Assembly (NCBI RefSeq): GCF_021869535.1
Contig: NW_026262581.1
Coordinates: 33,356,001-33,420,000, forward strand
Source: Mytilus californianus
Lineage: Eukaryota
DNA length: 64,000 nucleotides
Direction: 5' to 3'
Translations under genes and position numbers: made by a program
In this document: positions 1-12,705 of the stretch, piece by piece
Numbering within the stretch: the first letter of the stretch is position 1
Layout of the letters: each line of letters starts with the position of its first letter
The notes under the pieces: model-generated
The model's database searches: none
What the model was told of the DNA's origin: nothing
Seen by the model: the letters and a program-made list of their open reading frames with translations, nothing else

Positions 1-22
1 CGCTTTTTACTGTTCCATTAAC
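1..22 (-). CDS. USP gene B, start of exon 4 (cut by window edge)
   Basis: Acceptor tttgatctttcag|GTT AAT GGA ACA GTA AAA AGC = VNGTVKS, phase 0, aligning with ISGKVVR at the start of gene A exon 4. Confidence 0.75.
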
Positions 23-1296
23 CTGAAAGATCAAACCACACTAAAAATATAAGACAAAATAGTTATGGCTAGAGGAATTACATAGAAAAAATATACGACT
101 TCTACTGATTAATTTGAAAAGTGCTGTTAAAAAGTAAAAAGGGGATCTGTCAAGTTCAGAAACATTTAATTTACTTTCACCAACGTTGAAATATTCAAAA
201 CCATTGCTTTGACTGAAAACAAATTATAAAGAAATACCAAAAGTAATCAGTTATGCAACTCCTGGTGTAAAATCAAAACTACTGCAACTTCAAATGGAGC
301 AATCAAATATAATCATTTCACTGGTTTTGAGGTCTATAGCAGTGGCGGATTCAGGGGCGTAGAAGGTGTACGCCCCCCCCCCCCCCACACCTGTGATTGG
401 AAAACATAATTTTTTAACATAGAGTCGTCCGAAAAATTGTTCGCCTCGCTACGCTCAGCTGTATTTCTACAGTTTAATAGAATTACGCCCTCCCCCTTTT
501 AAAAAAAACTTGGATCTGCCCATGAGTATGATTGGAACCAAGACCTGCAGAGTTGACACGTTTCTTGGTTGGAGTATTTACTTTAATAAAGCATTAGCAG
601 TAATAAAGAAATATATTCCTCGTAAAAATGAGAATCTTCAGGGGTTTATAAGTTGAAAACATGCCTAAATTATCATAGCGTTCAATTAAGAGTTATCGGA
701 AAATTTGTGATTGTGGTTTGTATAATACATCGTTAGTCTGCATGGGAAGAAATGATTTGTTTATAAGCTGGAATTGGCTATGAACTAAATTTCATTAATT
801 TGGAGTACTCTTTTATGGTACGTTGTGTTTAATGTCTTTTTGTTAAGGTTTTTTTTTCAAATGTATAGTTCCGATCTAATGAATCTAGCCATTTCTAACG
901 GATTTTCATATTTTGTTACTATGTTGTGCTGTTTAACCATTGTTCAAGGTTAGGGAGAATGTTGATCGCTCACAGACAATTATGTTTAAACCGTCACATT
1001 CTTTAAGTTTCTATTCGTAACCAAGAGCCTGCAATTCAGTAATTGTCGTCGGTTGCTGTTTGCCATATTTGTTTTTCGTTTATTGTGTTATGCATATATC
1101 AGACCATTGGTTTCTCCTACTACACGGCTACACATTTTGTCATGCAGGGTCTTGTATAGCTTACTATACTTTATGGGATTTGCTCATGGTTGAAGGCCTA
1201 ACATTGTCCTTTAGTTGTTTACATCCTCGTCCTTAGGTTTCTGGAATAGAGCTGTCCTCATTAGAAATCATACCACAACTCCTTCTTCTTTTATTA

Positions 1297-1829
1297 TTCC
1301 CCTTTGTCCAATCTTTTTAACATGTAATTTCCCTTTGCCCAATCTTTTTAACATGTAATTTCCCTTTGCCAAACTCTAAAACATGTAATTTCCCTTTGTC
1401 CAATCTTTTTAACATGTAATTTCCCTTTGCCCAATCTTTATAACATGTAATTTCCCATTGCCCAATCTTTTTAACGTGTAATTTCCCTTTGTCCAATCTT
1501 TTTAACATGTAATTTCCCTTTGCCCAATCCTTTTAACATGTAATTTCCCTTTTTCCAATCTTTTTAACATGTAATTTCCCTTTGCCCAATCTTTATACAT
1601 TTGTAACATGTAATTTCCTTTTGTCTAATCTTTTTCACATGTAACTTCCCTTTATCCAATCTTTTTAACATGTAATTTCCCTTTGCCAAATCTTTTTAAT
1701 ATGTAATTTCCCTTTGCCCAATCTTTTTAACATGTAATTTCCCTTTGCCCTATCTTTTTAACATGTAATTTCCTTTGTCCAATCTTTTTAACATGTAGTT
1801 TCCCTTTGCCAATCTTTTTAATATGTAAT
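1297..1829. repeat. 31-32 bp minisatellite, about 17 copies
   Basis: Unit AACATGTAATTTCCCTTTGCCCAATCTTTTT repeated with small variants. Confidence 0.95.
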
Positions 1830-2660
1830 AACGGAATATTTAGAATATAAGAAATAAAGAACAGATGGATTGAGGACAAAACCAAACCATTTTCAAAAAT
1901 GTCTTCGAGTTTATTAAAAGTTCGGAAAGATTTCTAATCGTCTAGATAGCAAACCATGATCGCACACACATCATCATCTAAGTAAAAGTCTTCCTTTTTT
2001 TTGTGTTTTTGTTTGTTTAATTTGTATTTTATTTTTTGTTTTTGTTTTCTAAATATTCATTTATTTATTTTTATATATTTATTTTTTCTGTATTATTGTT
2101 TTCTTTCTGTCTTCACTTTTCTGTCTTTTCACATAAATCTAAATATATATATATATATATATTAAATAGATATACCATTCTATACATGCATGCTCATACA
2201 TATATTTTGTATTATATTGCTATAAATGTTAAATGGAGAAGACTTCATAAGTCTGTTTGACTTGTGTCTTATCCAATTTGTACTTGAACAAATAAAATAT
2301 GTTTAAACTAGACAAAGATGCAATTTAAAAAGGAGAAAAATTCGTTTACTAAACACGTTTGTACACATGGTGGCATGTGAAGGCAAAATTTATTCAAGTT
2401 AACTGTATACAGACATAGGTCTATAAAGTTGAGAGAAAAATGCGTTAACAGAACGATAAAAAATGACCTAATATGGAATAGTGTGCACAACATCTTTGCA
2501 TTATATCTGTTATTTCCTTTGAAAAAAATGTTACAGTTTCAGAGAGACAACTACCCCAGTTTGTAAACAAATGATAGAGTTTAAGAATATTCATTATTTT
2601 TTGTTTCACAATTTGCTTTCCTTAGAAACAAATAAATATCTTCAGAAAGATACATCAAAA

Positions 2661-2883
2661 TGTAACCCAGATTAAGAACAATACGTAAGCCAGACTCAGT
2701 AAGATACGTATCCTAGATTCAGAAACATACGTACCCTAGATTCAGAAACATACGTATCCTAGATTTAGAAACATACGTACCCCAGATTCAGAAACATACG
2801 TACCCCAGATTCAGAAACATACGTACCCCAGATTCAGAAACATACGTATCCTAGATTCAGAAACATACGTACCCCAGATTCAG
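2661..2883. repeat. 23-bp tandem array copied from the USP-B exon 3/intron 3 junction
   Basis: Eight good units ATACGTA(C/T)CC(C/T)AGATT(C/T)AGAAAC starting at 2704, 2727, 2750, 2773, 2796, 2819, 2842 and 2865, plus two degenerate units. Confidence 0.95.
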
Positions 2884-2979
2884 TAAGTAGCGCAGCGTAT
2901 TGTTGTAATTCTTGTGTTACGCGTTCTTTTTCTTTCTTCAAAATGGACGCTAGCACATCTGGATCAAATGAATATGGAG
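2873..2979 (-). CDS. USP gene B, exon 3
   Basis: Acceptor tttttctatcacag|CT. Encodes PYSFDPDVLASILKKEKERVTQELQQYAALLTESG. Donor GGG|GTACGT. 107 nt, phase 1-0, the same length and phases as exon 3 of gene A. Confidence 0.9.
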
Positions 2980-4009
2980 CTGTGATAGAAAAATAAACCC
3001 AATTTATATTAATTCAATATGAACAATATAAGTACAAGTTAAATATTAGTACCTTAATTGAAACAATAACGGTCACCCTTTCGTGCTTATAAGTACATTT
3101 TTGTACCTTTCTTTAGAGGAGTTGACTTTTTAAATATGATTGATTATTTGTTTTATTTTTCGCTTAAAGTCCAGTGTCAAATATTTCATGCATATTGATA
3201 AGAAGCAACAAACTTTATAGGAAAGTTCTATAAAGTGGATCGGAAGTGCAAGAGTTTGTTTTACGTACAAAAATAGTTGTATTCTCGTCCTACACGCGAC
3301 ATCGTACTTAACGCCCACATTCAGACAGGACATGGCTGCGTGTTCATACTTTTTTTTCAATTGGGCACTGTGTCTTGCCTAAATAAAGGTTAAGAAGTCC
3401 TGGTATGTCTTTACATGTAATCTTTACTATGTACCATACATGTACTTGGTCAGTATACAGGTTAACGATCGTTACAATTGAAAATACATACAAATATTGA
3501 CAACGAAAAAATAAACAACGAAAATATTTTCTGACAGATATAACAGATAGAAAAACCTACATTTGTCACCTTTTGAAATCCTAAGTCGGTTATCTAAGTG
3601 TAGATGACCTAAGATCAGTAATGTGCGTTTTTCAATACCTGTTTCCCTAACGAGAAAAATATCTGTCAAGAAAAGGATACTGTTTATATTTTAGGTTTTT
3701 ATGCAACATTTTAAAAGAAATACAAGACTGCTAAAATTAGCGTTTATCCATGACACAAAATCAGTACATGCACAGCAAAAACACACAAAAAGCAAAGGAA
3801 CAGAGCTTGTAACCTTGTCAACTAAGCTCTTTGTTATTAGGTAGCATGCTCAGAAGGTTTTTTTTTCGAATACCATTCGTGAGAATAAGCAGCTAATCTC
3901 AGGACACAAATTACTCTCAAAACAATTGTTTTAATAGCAATCGAGAACATCTATCCTGTTGTATCTGTGGTAATTATAGCCGGTAATATACATGTAAATA
4001 AATCAGTAT

Positions 4010-4180
4010 TAAAATTTTGTACGCCAGACGCGCGTTTCCTCTGCAAAAGACTCATCAGTGACGCTCCAATAAAAAAGGTTTAAAAGGCCAAATAAGTTAC
4101 GAAGTTGAAGAGCATTGAGGACCCAAAATTCCGAAAGGTTTTGCCAAATACAGCTAAGGTAATATATTTCTGGGATAGAA
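4010..4180 (+). mobile_element. Second abundant interspersed repeat family
   Basis: GTACGCCAGACGCGCGTTTC...AAAGACTCATCAGTGACGCTC...GAAGTTGAAGAGCATTGAGGACCCAAAATTCCG. Copies at about 4735-4885 and, inverted, about 59400-59535. Confidence 0.8.
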
Positions 4181-4359
4181 AATCCTTTTAAACAGTTAAT
4201 TTATAACTATGACAATGTAAATTCCAATTCATGTCAAAACAGAAGTGCTGACTACTGAGATGATGATACCCTTGGGGAGGCAACCTCCATCCACGAAATT
4301 AGATTTTAATTAGGTCCAGCAACGTTCCTCGTGACACATTTTTCCGTATCAATACCTAC

Positions 4360-4452
4360 ACGAGAACTGTTGTGACGAGATCATTTCGTTCATCTCCACT
4401 GCATGGACGATGTAAACATGATCATCTTCCTTTCTACAATTGTCAACAAACC
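4360..4452 (-). CDS. USP gene B, exon 2
   Basis: Acceptor ttttctctcgttacag|GG completes T|GG (Trp). Encodes FVDNCRKEDDHVYIVHAVEMNEMISSQQFS (USP beta2 VYIVHA). Donor T|GTAGGT; 93 nt, phase 1-1. Confidence 0.9.
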
Positions 4453-6183
4453 CTGTAACGAGAGAAAACATTTTTTTCATTTTCTTTATTCATATGAGAT
4501 CACGTTAGTGACCGAAAGTATACGCAGTTCTACATATTAGAATGACAATAATTTATATGCATTGTTGTCGTAATCAAACATACAGTTCTTTCAGAAGGAA
4601 CCTGCAGGATTCAAAATTACCTTTCCTCTAAATGATTTTGATAAACAATTTAGAAAGGATTTTATTTGTTTTGGTTGCATTTTCATTAAAAATTAAATCT
4701 AATTAATAAACTCATCATAGATACCAGGATCGAAATGGTGTACGACAGACACGCATTTCGTCTACAAAAGACTCATCAGTGACGCTCGACTCAAAAAAGT
4801 TAAAAAGGCAAAATAAGATACGAAGTTGAAGAGCATTGAGGACCCAAAATTCCGAAAGATCTCGTCAAATACAGTTAAGGTATCCTATTCCTGGGGGTAG
4901 AAAATATGTAAAATGTACCATTGACTCCTAAACAATTTAGTTATGTCTTTTGAGGGTTTACAACTTATCCTGATAAATGTCAGACAGTTTTTTATGTAAA
5001 TAATTAAATATCCTAGGAACACTGTTTTTAGATAGATATTGAAGGTTACATGATAAGATAATGGCAAACGTATATTATGTACCTTCAACATGATTATAAT
5101 ATTGATATGTTTCTTGTAATGCACTTAAAATTCAAATAAACAATTTAACATGATACAAAGGTGTTGTAAGGTCCCAAAACAAAATATAAATAACACTTTT
5201 AAATTTTTCTAAAAACATTCAATTCCATCCTTGAAATTAATACTTTTTATAGGTCGAATAAAACGTAAAAACTACTTGAGCTTGCATATTTCTTCTTGGT
5301 CAACAGGTACTTGAATACATCGCAGATAGTGGTTTTGCAACATGTTTTAAATACATTTTATCACGTACTATACAAAGTACTGTATTGCCACACTGTATTG
5401 TGTCATAGATCGAAATAACATTCGGGGTTTATCGGAAAAGGGGGGGGGGGTCCATCTTATTTAAAAGATCGTACCCATGTTTATGAAATAACAACAACAC
5501 CAATCGTGAACAAACAAAGGGTTCACTGACACTGACACTGACCTGTACAGCGACATTACAATCAAAATGAATTGAAGGAATTGTCAAATCATTCCTACTG
5601 GCACAGAATAACGGAGGAGTGGTAAACATGCATTTATCTACAACGGCCTGGGGAGTTATTTATCTATCAAAACTTTATATTTAGTGTATGACATGAGCAC
5701 CTCGATTATAAAAGTGACTTGAAAAATACGCCTAGATTTTCTTGAACAAGACGATCATGCCAGTATATATATAAATATATATATTCCTAACATCACTGAA
5801 GAGACATTAATTGTCGAAATCCGGATATGGTGTACAAAAAATATTTGCACCTTTGTTTGCGGTATACCATCTTCGCCGCAAGTTTATTGTTTTCTGTTTG
5901 GTATTAAATTTAAAGTTAAGATCCATTTATTACACCTTGTGATCCGTTTATTTGGCAATCGCCAATGGCAGTCAGCAGGATTTAAGAACATTTGTTGTTC
6001 GACCTGTTAGTCAAATGCGTTTTGTTAAAATATACTTTTTCACTTTTTTGGTCTTTTGGAAAATGTTGTTTGTGCTGTATTTAGACCCCTCTAACAAGAA
6101 ATTTGTTTTGCATGCACACGTATAAAAATTGCGGTTTTTATCCAACGCAATCATAGGTTTGAACGTTGTTTTCAATTTAGACT

Positions 6184-6221
<38 letters not shown>

Positions 6222-6680
6222 TGTAGCATTTGATTTTGACTTATGAAATATAGGGGCAACGTATTGCAACCTCTATGGAAATTGTCCATTTTAGAATATT
6301 TCTATTTCATCTTCCAGCATAAAATATGAAAATATAAATATGAAAATGGTCACTACTGGGCCTTTTCTTTCCCTTTTCTCTATCGTAACTTAGAGAAAAA
6401 TTTGTCACACTACACTACAGGCCTACTCACAACAAAAAGAGAGCTTAAACATAATTTATTATTGTGCTTATATTTCATCTTTTATAGCAAACAAATAGAG
6501 CGCCAGTGGTCGAGTGCATGCAATGAAACCATCATTTTATTTGCGTATGTCTATTTCATATATCTTCCTACGCTGTAAAAATATGAAGATGTGATATGAA
6601 TGCCAATAAGACAACTATCCACCAGAAATCAAAGGACGAAGATGTAAATATATATATAGGTCACCGTACGACGCATAATA

Positions 6681-6904
6681 GAGGGTCTGGATCAGGGTCC
6701 TTCATTTCTGTATTCTTTAATTTTTCATGCCCTTTTTCTCGATTCTTTTTACTTTTTGCCCATTATTCTCTATTCTTTATATTTTAGAACCTCATTACTC
6801 TCTACTCCTCATTATTCTCTACTCTTTATTTTTTGGTCCATTTTTCTCTATTCTTTATGTTTTGGCCATTATTCTCTATTCTGTAAATCCCAATCCACAC
6901 TCTC
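6681..6904. mobile_element. MITE with GAGGGT-type termini and 6-bp flanking direct repeat
   Basis: Imperfect TIR GAG(G/A)GT(C/G)TGGAT; ATAATA on both sides; internal TTATTCTCTA(T/C)TCT repeats. Confidence 0.7.
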
Positions 6905-8146
6905 ATAATAAGCTTTAAAAGGTAACGACATGACAATTGGATTTATGCTAAAAACAATAAACGAAAAACGTGCCTGTAATTAAGTGGTTGTCGTTTGTTG
7001 CAGTATATCATATTTATGTTTTTGAAGTTTTTCGTGTATTGTTTTCTACATAAATCAGGTCGATATTTTCTCCTTTGAATTGTTTTACATTTGTCATTTC
7101 AGGACCTTTTAAAGAGTACTATGTGGTATGGGATTTGGTCATTGTTGAAGGACGTACAGTAACCCGTCATTTGGTCTCTGGTAGAGAGTTGTCTCATTGG
7201 CAATCGTACCACATTTTCTTATTTCTATATGTCAGACAGCAACCAACCACAACGACAACAACTGAATCACACGCTTCTGTGGGACTTATGACAGGCACAT
7301 TTGTTCACATATAATTAACTTCGGGTCATCCCAGCAATAATGAGTCTAATGAGGATATCTGCTTCCTTGCATGGAATAGATGTTTCACCATTTAATTAAG
7401 GTGAATTATGCTGGAAAGAAGGATAACTTTCACAAACTTTTCTCCCTTTCCCCGTACTAAAAGTTTCAAGATATCACTAGACCGAATTCTTGTCTCTATA
7501 TAGCATATATTTCCTGAACTTCATTTGCTTTTTACTATATATTTTTGCTTTTTTCTAATTTTTTTTTTATATCTATATTGCAAAATAAAAATATAAAAAA
7601 GCAAAAATAGTAAAAAGCAAATGAAGATCAGGAAATATACGCTATTTAGAGACAGAAAAATTCGGGCACAAGATATCCAATACCGATGTTCGCAAGTGTA
7701 CTGTTTGGTCGTTGAGGTTATTAACCTTAAGCAAAATTGAATCCCCTTCGACATGTTCGAGTGATCATCATTTAATATTGTTACAGTAATTCATATTATT
7801 CCCAAGATAACTGAAGAAGAATGCATAATTCGATAATTTTATCAGTGTTTACGTGAATCTGATGCACGTATCTAATCAACTACTTATATATAATATATAT
7901 TTTATAGTGCAACCTGATATAACATTAGTTTTAAAAATATGCACATCAACTATCCTCCAAAGATGCATGATTCTCTGTTTTTAACACAATAATTTTAAAT
8001 ATGAAAGTAATGTTCGAGGTCATGTTTACATTATAAATAGTATATGTTCATTTCCTTCCATGTATGTACAATGTATGAGTAACATATGGTGACACTAATA
8101 TGATATAAAAAAACGTAAGCATAAAAATGTGTATATTTACACTTAC

Positions 8147-8228
8147 ATTTAAATGCATATTTGGAATGTTCGCTTCCATCCATAGCTATGACTACATTTT
8201 TCCCTCCCGTTTTTGCTTCTTCGGTCAT
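8147..8228 (-). CDS. Universal stress protein (UspA domain) gene B, coding exon 1
   Basis: MTEEAKTGGKNVVIAMDGSEHSKYAFK carries the USP beta1 motif VVIAMDGSEHS. Ends AAA T|GTAAGT (phase 1; 82 nt). Confidence 0.93.
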
Positions 8229-8749
8229 TTTTAAAACACAGAATATCTAAAAAGTTTATATATGTGCATCCACTGATAATTCACATGTAAATAAAAGATA
8301 TCGTCACCTCAGTATAAAGTTGTACCCGATGCGAAATCACGGTTCAGTTGATAGCAAGTGTCGGATTTAAATGACACTGACCGTGTACATTTAAAAATAG
8401 TTGAAATAAACAATCGTGATTTTATTACATCTGTGTATTGAAGTCCAACCTCACAGCGGCAAAATTGATTAATACTGTGTGCATAAAATCGATTGTGTTT
8501 ACATACAAACATTTCAAACTACACTTAGAAAAGTTCTTGAAGCTGATTGATGACTTCTGAGTAGACTAAACAGATATCCACTGCAGGCTATGAACAGGGC
8601 GTGTCGTGGAAAGGGGATAGTAATACCTTTCACTACTAAACTACCCCTTTGGTGTTTCCATTAAAACAGAAATGAGGATATTTTAAGTTTCTTAGATGTT
8701 AACTTTAAAAAATGGTCATTAGCTTTGACGGATTCATTAAAGGAACATA

Positions 8750-8910
8750 TACGATGAAACCTGCTTTAAGAGCTTTCATAAGACAGGTGGTCTTTTAATA
8801 CAGGTTCAATCTACATGTATATGAATTGCACAATAGAGGGATCTTAAATTAATGGTCTTATAGCAGGCTCTTGCTTAACACAGGTGGTCTCGTAAGCAGG
8901 CTCGACTGTA
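8750..8910. mobile_element. Degenerate TA-flanked MITE (Tc1/mariner-type termini)
   Basis: Left tacgatgaaacctgcttt versus reverse complement of right end tacagtcgagcctgctta; internal ACAGGTGGTC repeats. Confidence 0.45.
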
Positions 8911-11337
8911 GTTCTGTTTAAAGACTACACGGACAGAAACTGGGCTACAATCTCTGCTTCCTTCCACATTTATTTCGATTGAATTCCAACAGTTTTTATT
9001 GTTTCTGACTTTGAAGACCATTTAGTTTCTTACATTATTGTTTGCTGACCAATCTGTCCATTCCAGTCATGTTGGTGATAAAATCATTTCAGCCTAATAT
9101 ATATATATAGTCCAACGCATTGCAAACCATAAAACTCATTTTTTTGGGCAAAGCTAGGTTTATAAGTGAACACCCTTCTTACGTTTTGATCGCTGCTTTA
9201 TTGAAAAAAAAGTTCATTGTTTATTCAGGAAGCTTACAGCGGCCAAATATTACACGAATAAAATAAGACACAAATCAAGGATTTGACAAAAAAGGTTACG
9301 TTGTAATCACGATTTTATGGTTTACGTTTTATATAACTGTATACCTATTTTGTAATTCATACGATTCAGCTTAGTATAATATGAAGGTCGAATGTAAAGA
9401 CTGTTCTTAGTACATATGTACGTAGTACAACTTTTTACTTCCTTTGACAGTGAAGATTTATATATACTAATACTTTACATTCTTGAATACTTGTAGTGAC
9501 TGAATAGAAAAAGGTCGACTATTAAAACATAGTTGCAATTCTGTATTGTTCTCCTTTAAATCAATATTATAATAAATTAAATTAGATAGGGAAATATAAA
9601 ATCCGTGAACCTGAAAACATTTAACATATTAATAAAGTCAGTAGGGACAGCATGCAGTTCTCAACCGTGAATCATCTGTCATATCACAGGTCAAGATGTT
9701 ATTCGAGTTTTGAAAAGTTGTAATTTTGAATAAAAAAAAGGAAAATGCTACCCGATAAATGTGTCCACAGCACAAACTTCCTTCCATATCAAATATTTAC
9801 TCTTTTGTGCTTTTATCTTGGTGGGTCATTGTCTTTTATATTTGCCTTCAATGTGCATTTTTATCATTCCTTCGCCAGAAACGTTCAAAGTCATAAGTTG
9901 AGATGATCATTACAAACAATGCAAACAACATAGGGGCTGCATGTTTAACCAAAGGGAGCCTGCACAGGTAGCACAAACCACCTAAGGTCAACATTATCTG
10001 TTAGTTTTGTAGCTTTATACTTTTTATTAAAAAAAAGAAAAAATCAGATATAATTACGTTTTAAATTATGGCCAGTTCCGAAACATTGACTCCATTGGAG
10101 GTTGAAACAGCTCAAAAATCACTACCAACAGTAAGTAAAGTCAAACGAATCAAGTTGTATTGCTTTTACATTGCCTTTTCTGTTAATTTTTATCATCAGA
10201 CATGGTGGACAAGAAAAATCTAAGAGTTAAAAAATGAATACATCGCGTTTAAAAACACCTTTAAAATCAACAAGAACGATCGCAGCAAAGACATTCAAAT
10301 TCTAACATAAATACGTAAACCCCCAATGCATTCTTGCCTGAATACAATTGTTTCTAACTCCCCTAAATAGAATGCAATTCGTTTAAAAAAATAATGTTAG
10401 TCTTGAATAGAGATTCACAAACTACATGTATCTTATTTCTTCTTAAAATGACTCTATTTCACTGAGTTTAAAATAAAAATATATCGCTAAAATATCACAA
10501 TTCGTTTTTCATATCAATATAGTTTTAACCATTAATTAAAATGTAATTTAAAATGTATATAATCATGAAAAACAAGATAGTTTAAGACTATAACGGTTAC
10601 CATGGGAAATTTCTAAAACGAAATTAATCATCAGAAATCGTTAAACTTCTCAAATGCAATATATCTTTGTTCTCCATTCCCAGAAGTTTTCATCAAACTG
10701 GATTTATTCAAATCAAACTGATTTGTAATTAAAGGCTAATGGTTAAATTATGTAACCATTGTACATATTATGGCTTATATTCAAATTTATGGAAACTGTC
10801 TGGGAAATTGATCAGACATCTCTTAGGGATTTGTAGTACTGTGAATTGAATGAACTATTAAATTACCCATGATAGTCGACATTATAGATTCTGAAAAGAC
10901 GCGTTGTTGTGACCACACTGTAACATCGATAGTATAAAGTAAAATAAAAAAAATACCGAACTCGAAGGGAAATTCAAAACGGAAAGTCCTTTATAAAAAT
11001 CAAAAGCTCAAACACATCAAACAAATGGAAAACAACTGGCTTGGTACAAATCTCCACCAGAGACCAAATGACATAGAATTTAACAACTATAGGTCATAAT
11101 ACGGCCTTCAACAATGAGCAAATTCCATACCCATGATTAACCTGTTCTTATAATTGACATTTTGTTTGTGTGACTTTGACACCCCTCCATATTTTTCACC
11201 TTTTGCAGCACTTTTCGCTTCTATAAAGCAAAGATATACTCCGAACTTCTAATTCAATTCATTCTGCATTAATATTGAACTAGTTTTGGAACAAAGAACA
11301 GTTGTATGTGCTTCCACACTCACCAAAAGAAAATAAG

Positions 11338-11822
11338 ATATTTGCCCAGAAATTGACGTACATCTTTCAAAAGACGGGGATATTAACATTTTTTGGGAGG
11401 CAACTTTTAAATGTTGATATCTCAAAACAACATCTCAAGAGTTCACTTGTATCTAGTAATATAAAAATTCCAAATTTTGAAATTGTTATGGGTCAAGGTC
11501 ACTGTTTATTTATATATAACAGCTGAATGAAAATTGTAGATATGCACCCTATAAGTACAAATGTCAATCTCGGATTATATTTGCCCAGAAATTGACGTAC
11601 ATCTTTCAAAAGACGGGGATATTAACATTTTTTGGGAGGCAACTTTTAAATGTTGATATCTCAAAACAACATCTCAAGAGTTCACTTGTATCTAGTAATA
11701 TAAAAATTCCAAATTTTGAAATTGTTATGGGTCAAGGTCACTGTTTATTTATATATAACAGCTGAATGACAATTGTAGATATGCACCCTATAAGTACAAA
11801 TGTCAATCTCGGATTATATTTG
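11338..11822. repeat. Near-perfect 239-bp tandem duplication
   Basis: Copies start at 11338 and 11577. One substitution noticed (GAAAATTG/GACAATTG); ATATTTG at the junctions. Confidence 0.95.
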
Positions 11823-12498
11823 GCAACAGAAATTTCCTTAAACTAGACCTTAAAAGAAACTATATGTATAATCCTTTAACTCAATCGAATTCATTTCGCT
11901 CTTGACGCATGTATGTAGGGGCAAGCAGTCTAAATTTGACCCTGCATTTTCCTTGAAATTTTAGTTTTGACCTTTGACCAAATTTTAAGACAATCTGCGC
12001 TGAGACAGCGGCGATATATCTAAGGGGCTTGTTCTCCTCTTTCCAATTATATCAAATACAGCCGTGTGTTATTCCGTTAAGCTAAATCGATCGAATTCTT
12101 TTACTGGGCACCCCACTAATACTTCAAATGATGAAACGCAGAATTTTTGTGTTTTGCACATATTTTGTGTTATTAACAAGCCTGGATTATTCATAATAAA
12201 TATAACATCTACATTTATATTTTTTTTTTTCATTTAATTTATCCATAAAAAATAAAACTAATACAATATTTCTGATAAAACATTACAGCTGCACGTACAC
12301 TTTATAGGGAAGTTGTTTATTATGTGCAACTGTTTCAAGTAAGGAAAACCCTTTACCAAAAAAACAAAACATAATGAATGATAAAAAATTGGAAAATATA
12401 TAAATTTAAAGTTAAATGGTTATACATTGATTTAAAGGCTGCCAATAGAAACCAGTTTCAACGTCTATTTAATGTTATAGAAATAGATAATTACATGA

Positions 12499-12705
12499 TT
12501 AAATGTTACACAACTCCTTCTTCACAATCAGGACTGGCACTTTTGAATGATGTACTAAAAATGAACTAACACTTCCCATGATTCCTGAACACGTTTTATT
12601 TCGTCCTCGATTTCCGGTAACGATACAATCTACATTTTCCTCGTCGGCAACTTTAAGTATTTGTTCTTTTGGGTCTCCTTGTTTTCGCACAACTTTCCCT
12701 GAAAT
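12499..12705 (-). CDS. USP gene A, exon 4 (terminal)
   Basis: Acceptor ttttctcatttatag|ATT. Encodes ISGKVVRKQGDPKEQILKVADEENVDCIVTGNRGRNKTCSGIMGSVSSFLVHHSKVPVLIVKKELCNI*, with the USP G-2x-G-9x-GS ATP-binding signature and the HHSxVPVLIV terminus. Spliced product is 154 aa. Confidence 0.95.
   Translation of the reverse strand: MSGKVVRKQGDPKEQILKVADEENVDCIVTGNRGRNKTCSGIMGSVSSFLVHHSKVPVLIVKKELCNI

Noticed and set aside
1317-1508. 63-aa repetitive ORF
   Set aside because: It is a translation of the 31-32 bp minisatellite, with no coding features.
1297-2883. Tandem arrays as possible CRISPR loci
   Set aside because: The units are head-to-tail with no unique spacers, there are no cas genes, and the DNA is eukaryotic.
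7790-7870. Minus-strand frame YVHQIHVNTDKII resembling a USP exon 2
   Set aside because: The phase is incompatible with exon 1 and it hits a stop. The exon at 4360-4452 fits exactly.
8526-8542. Possible heat-shock element upstream of USP-B (AGAAAAGTTCTTGAAG)
   Set aside because: Only two correctly spaced pentamers; the first gap is 3 nt.
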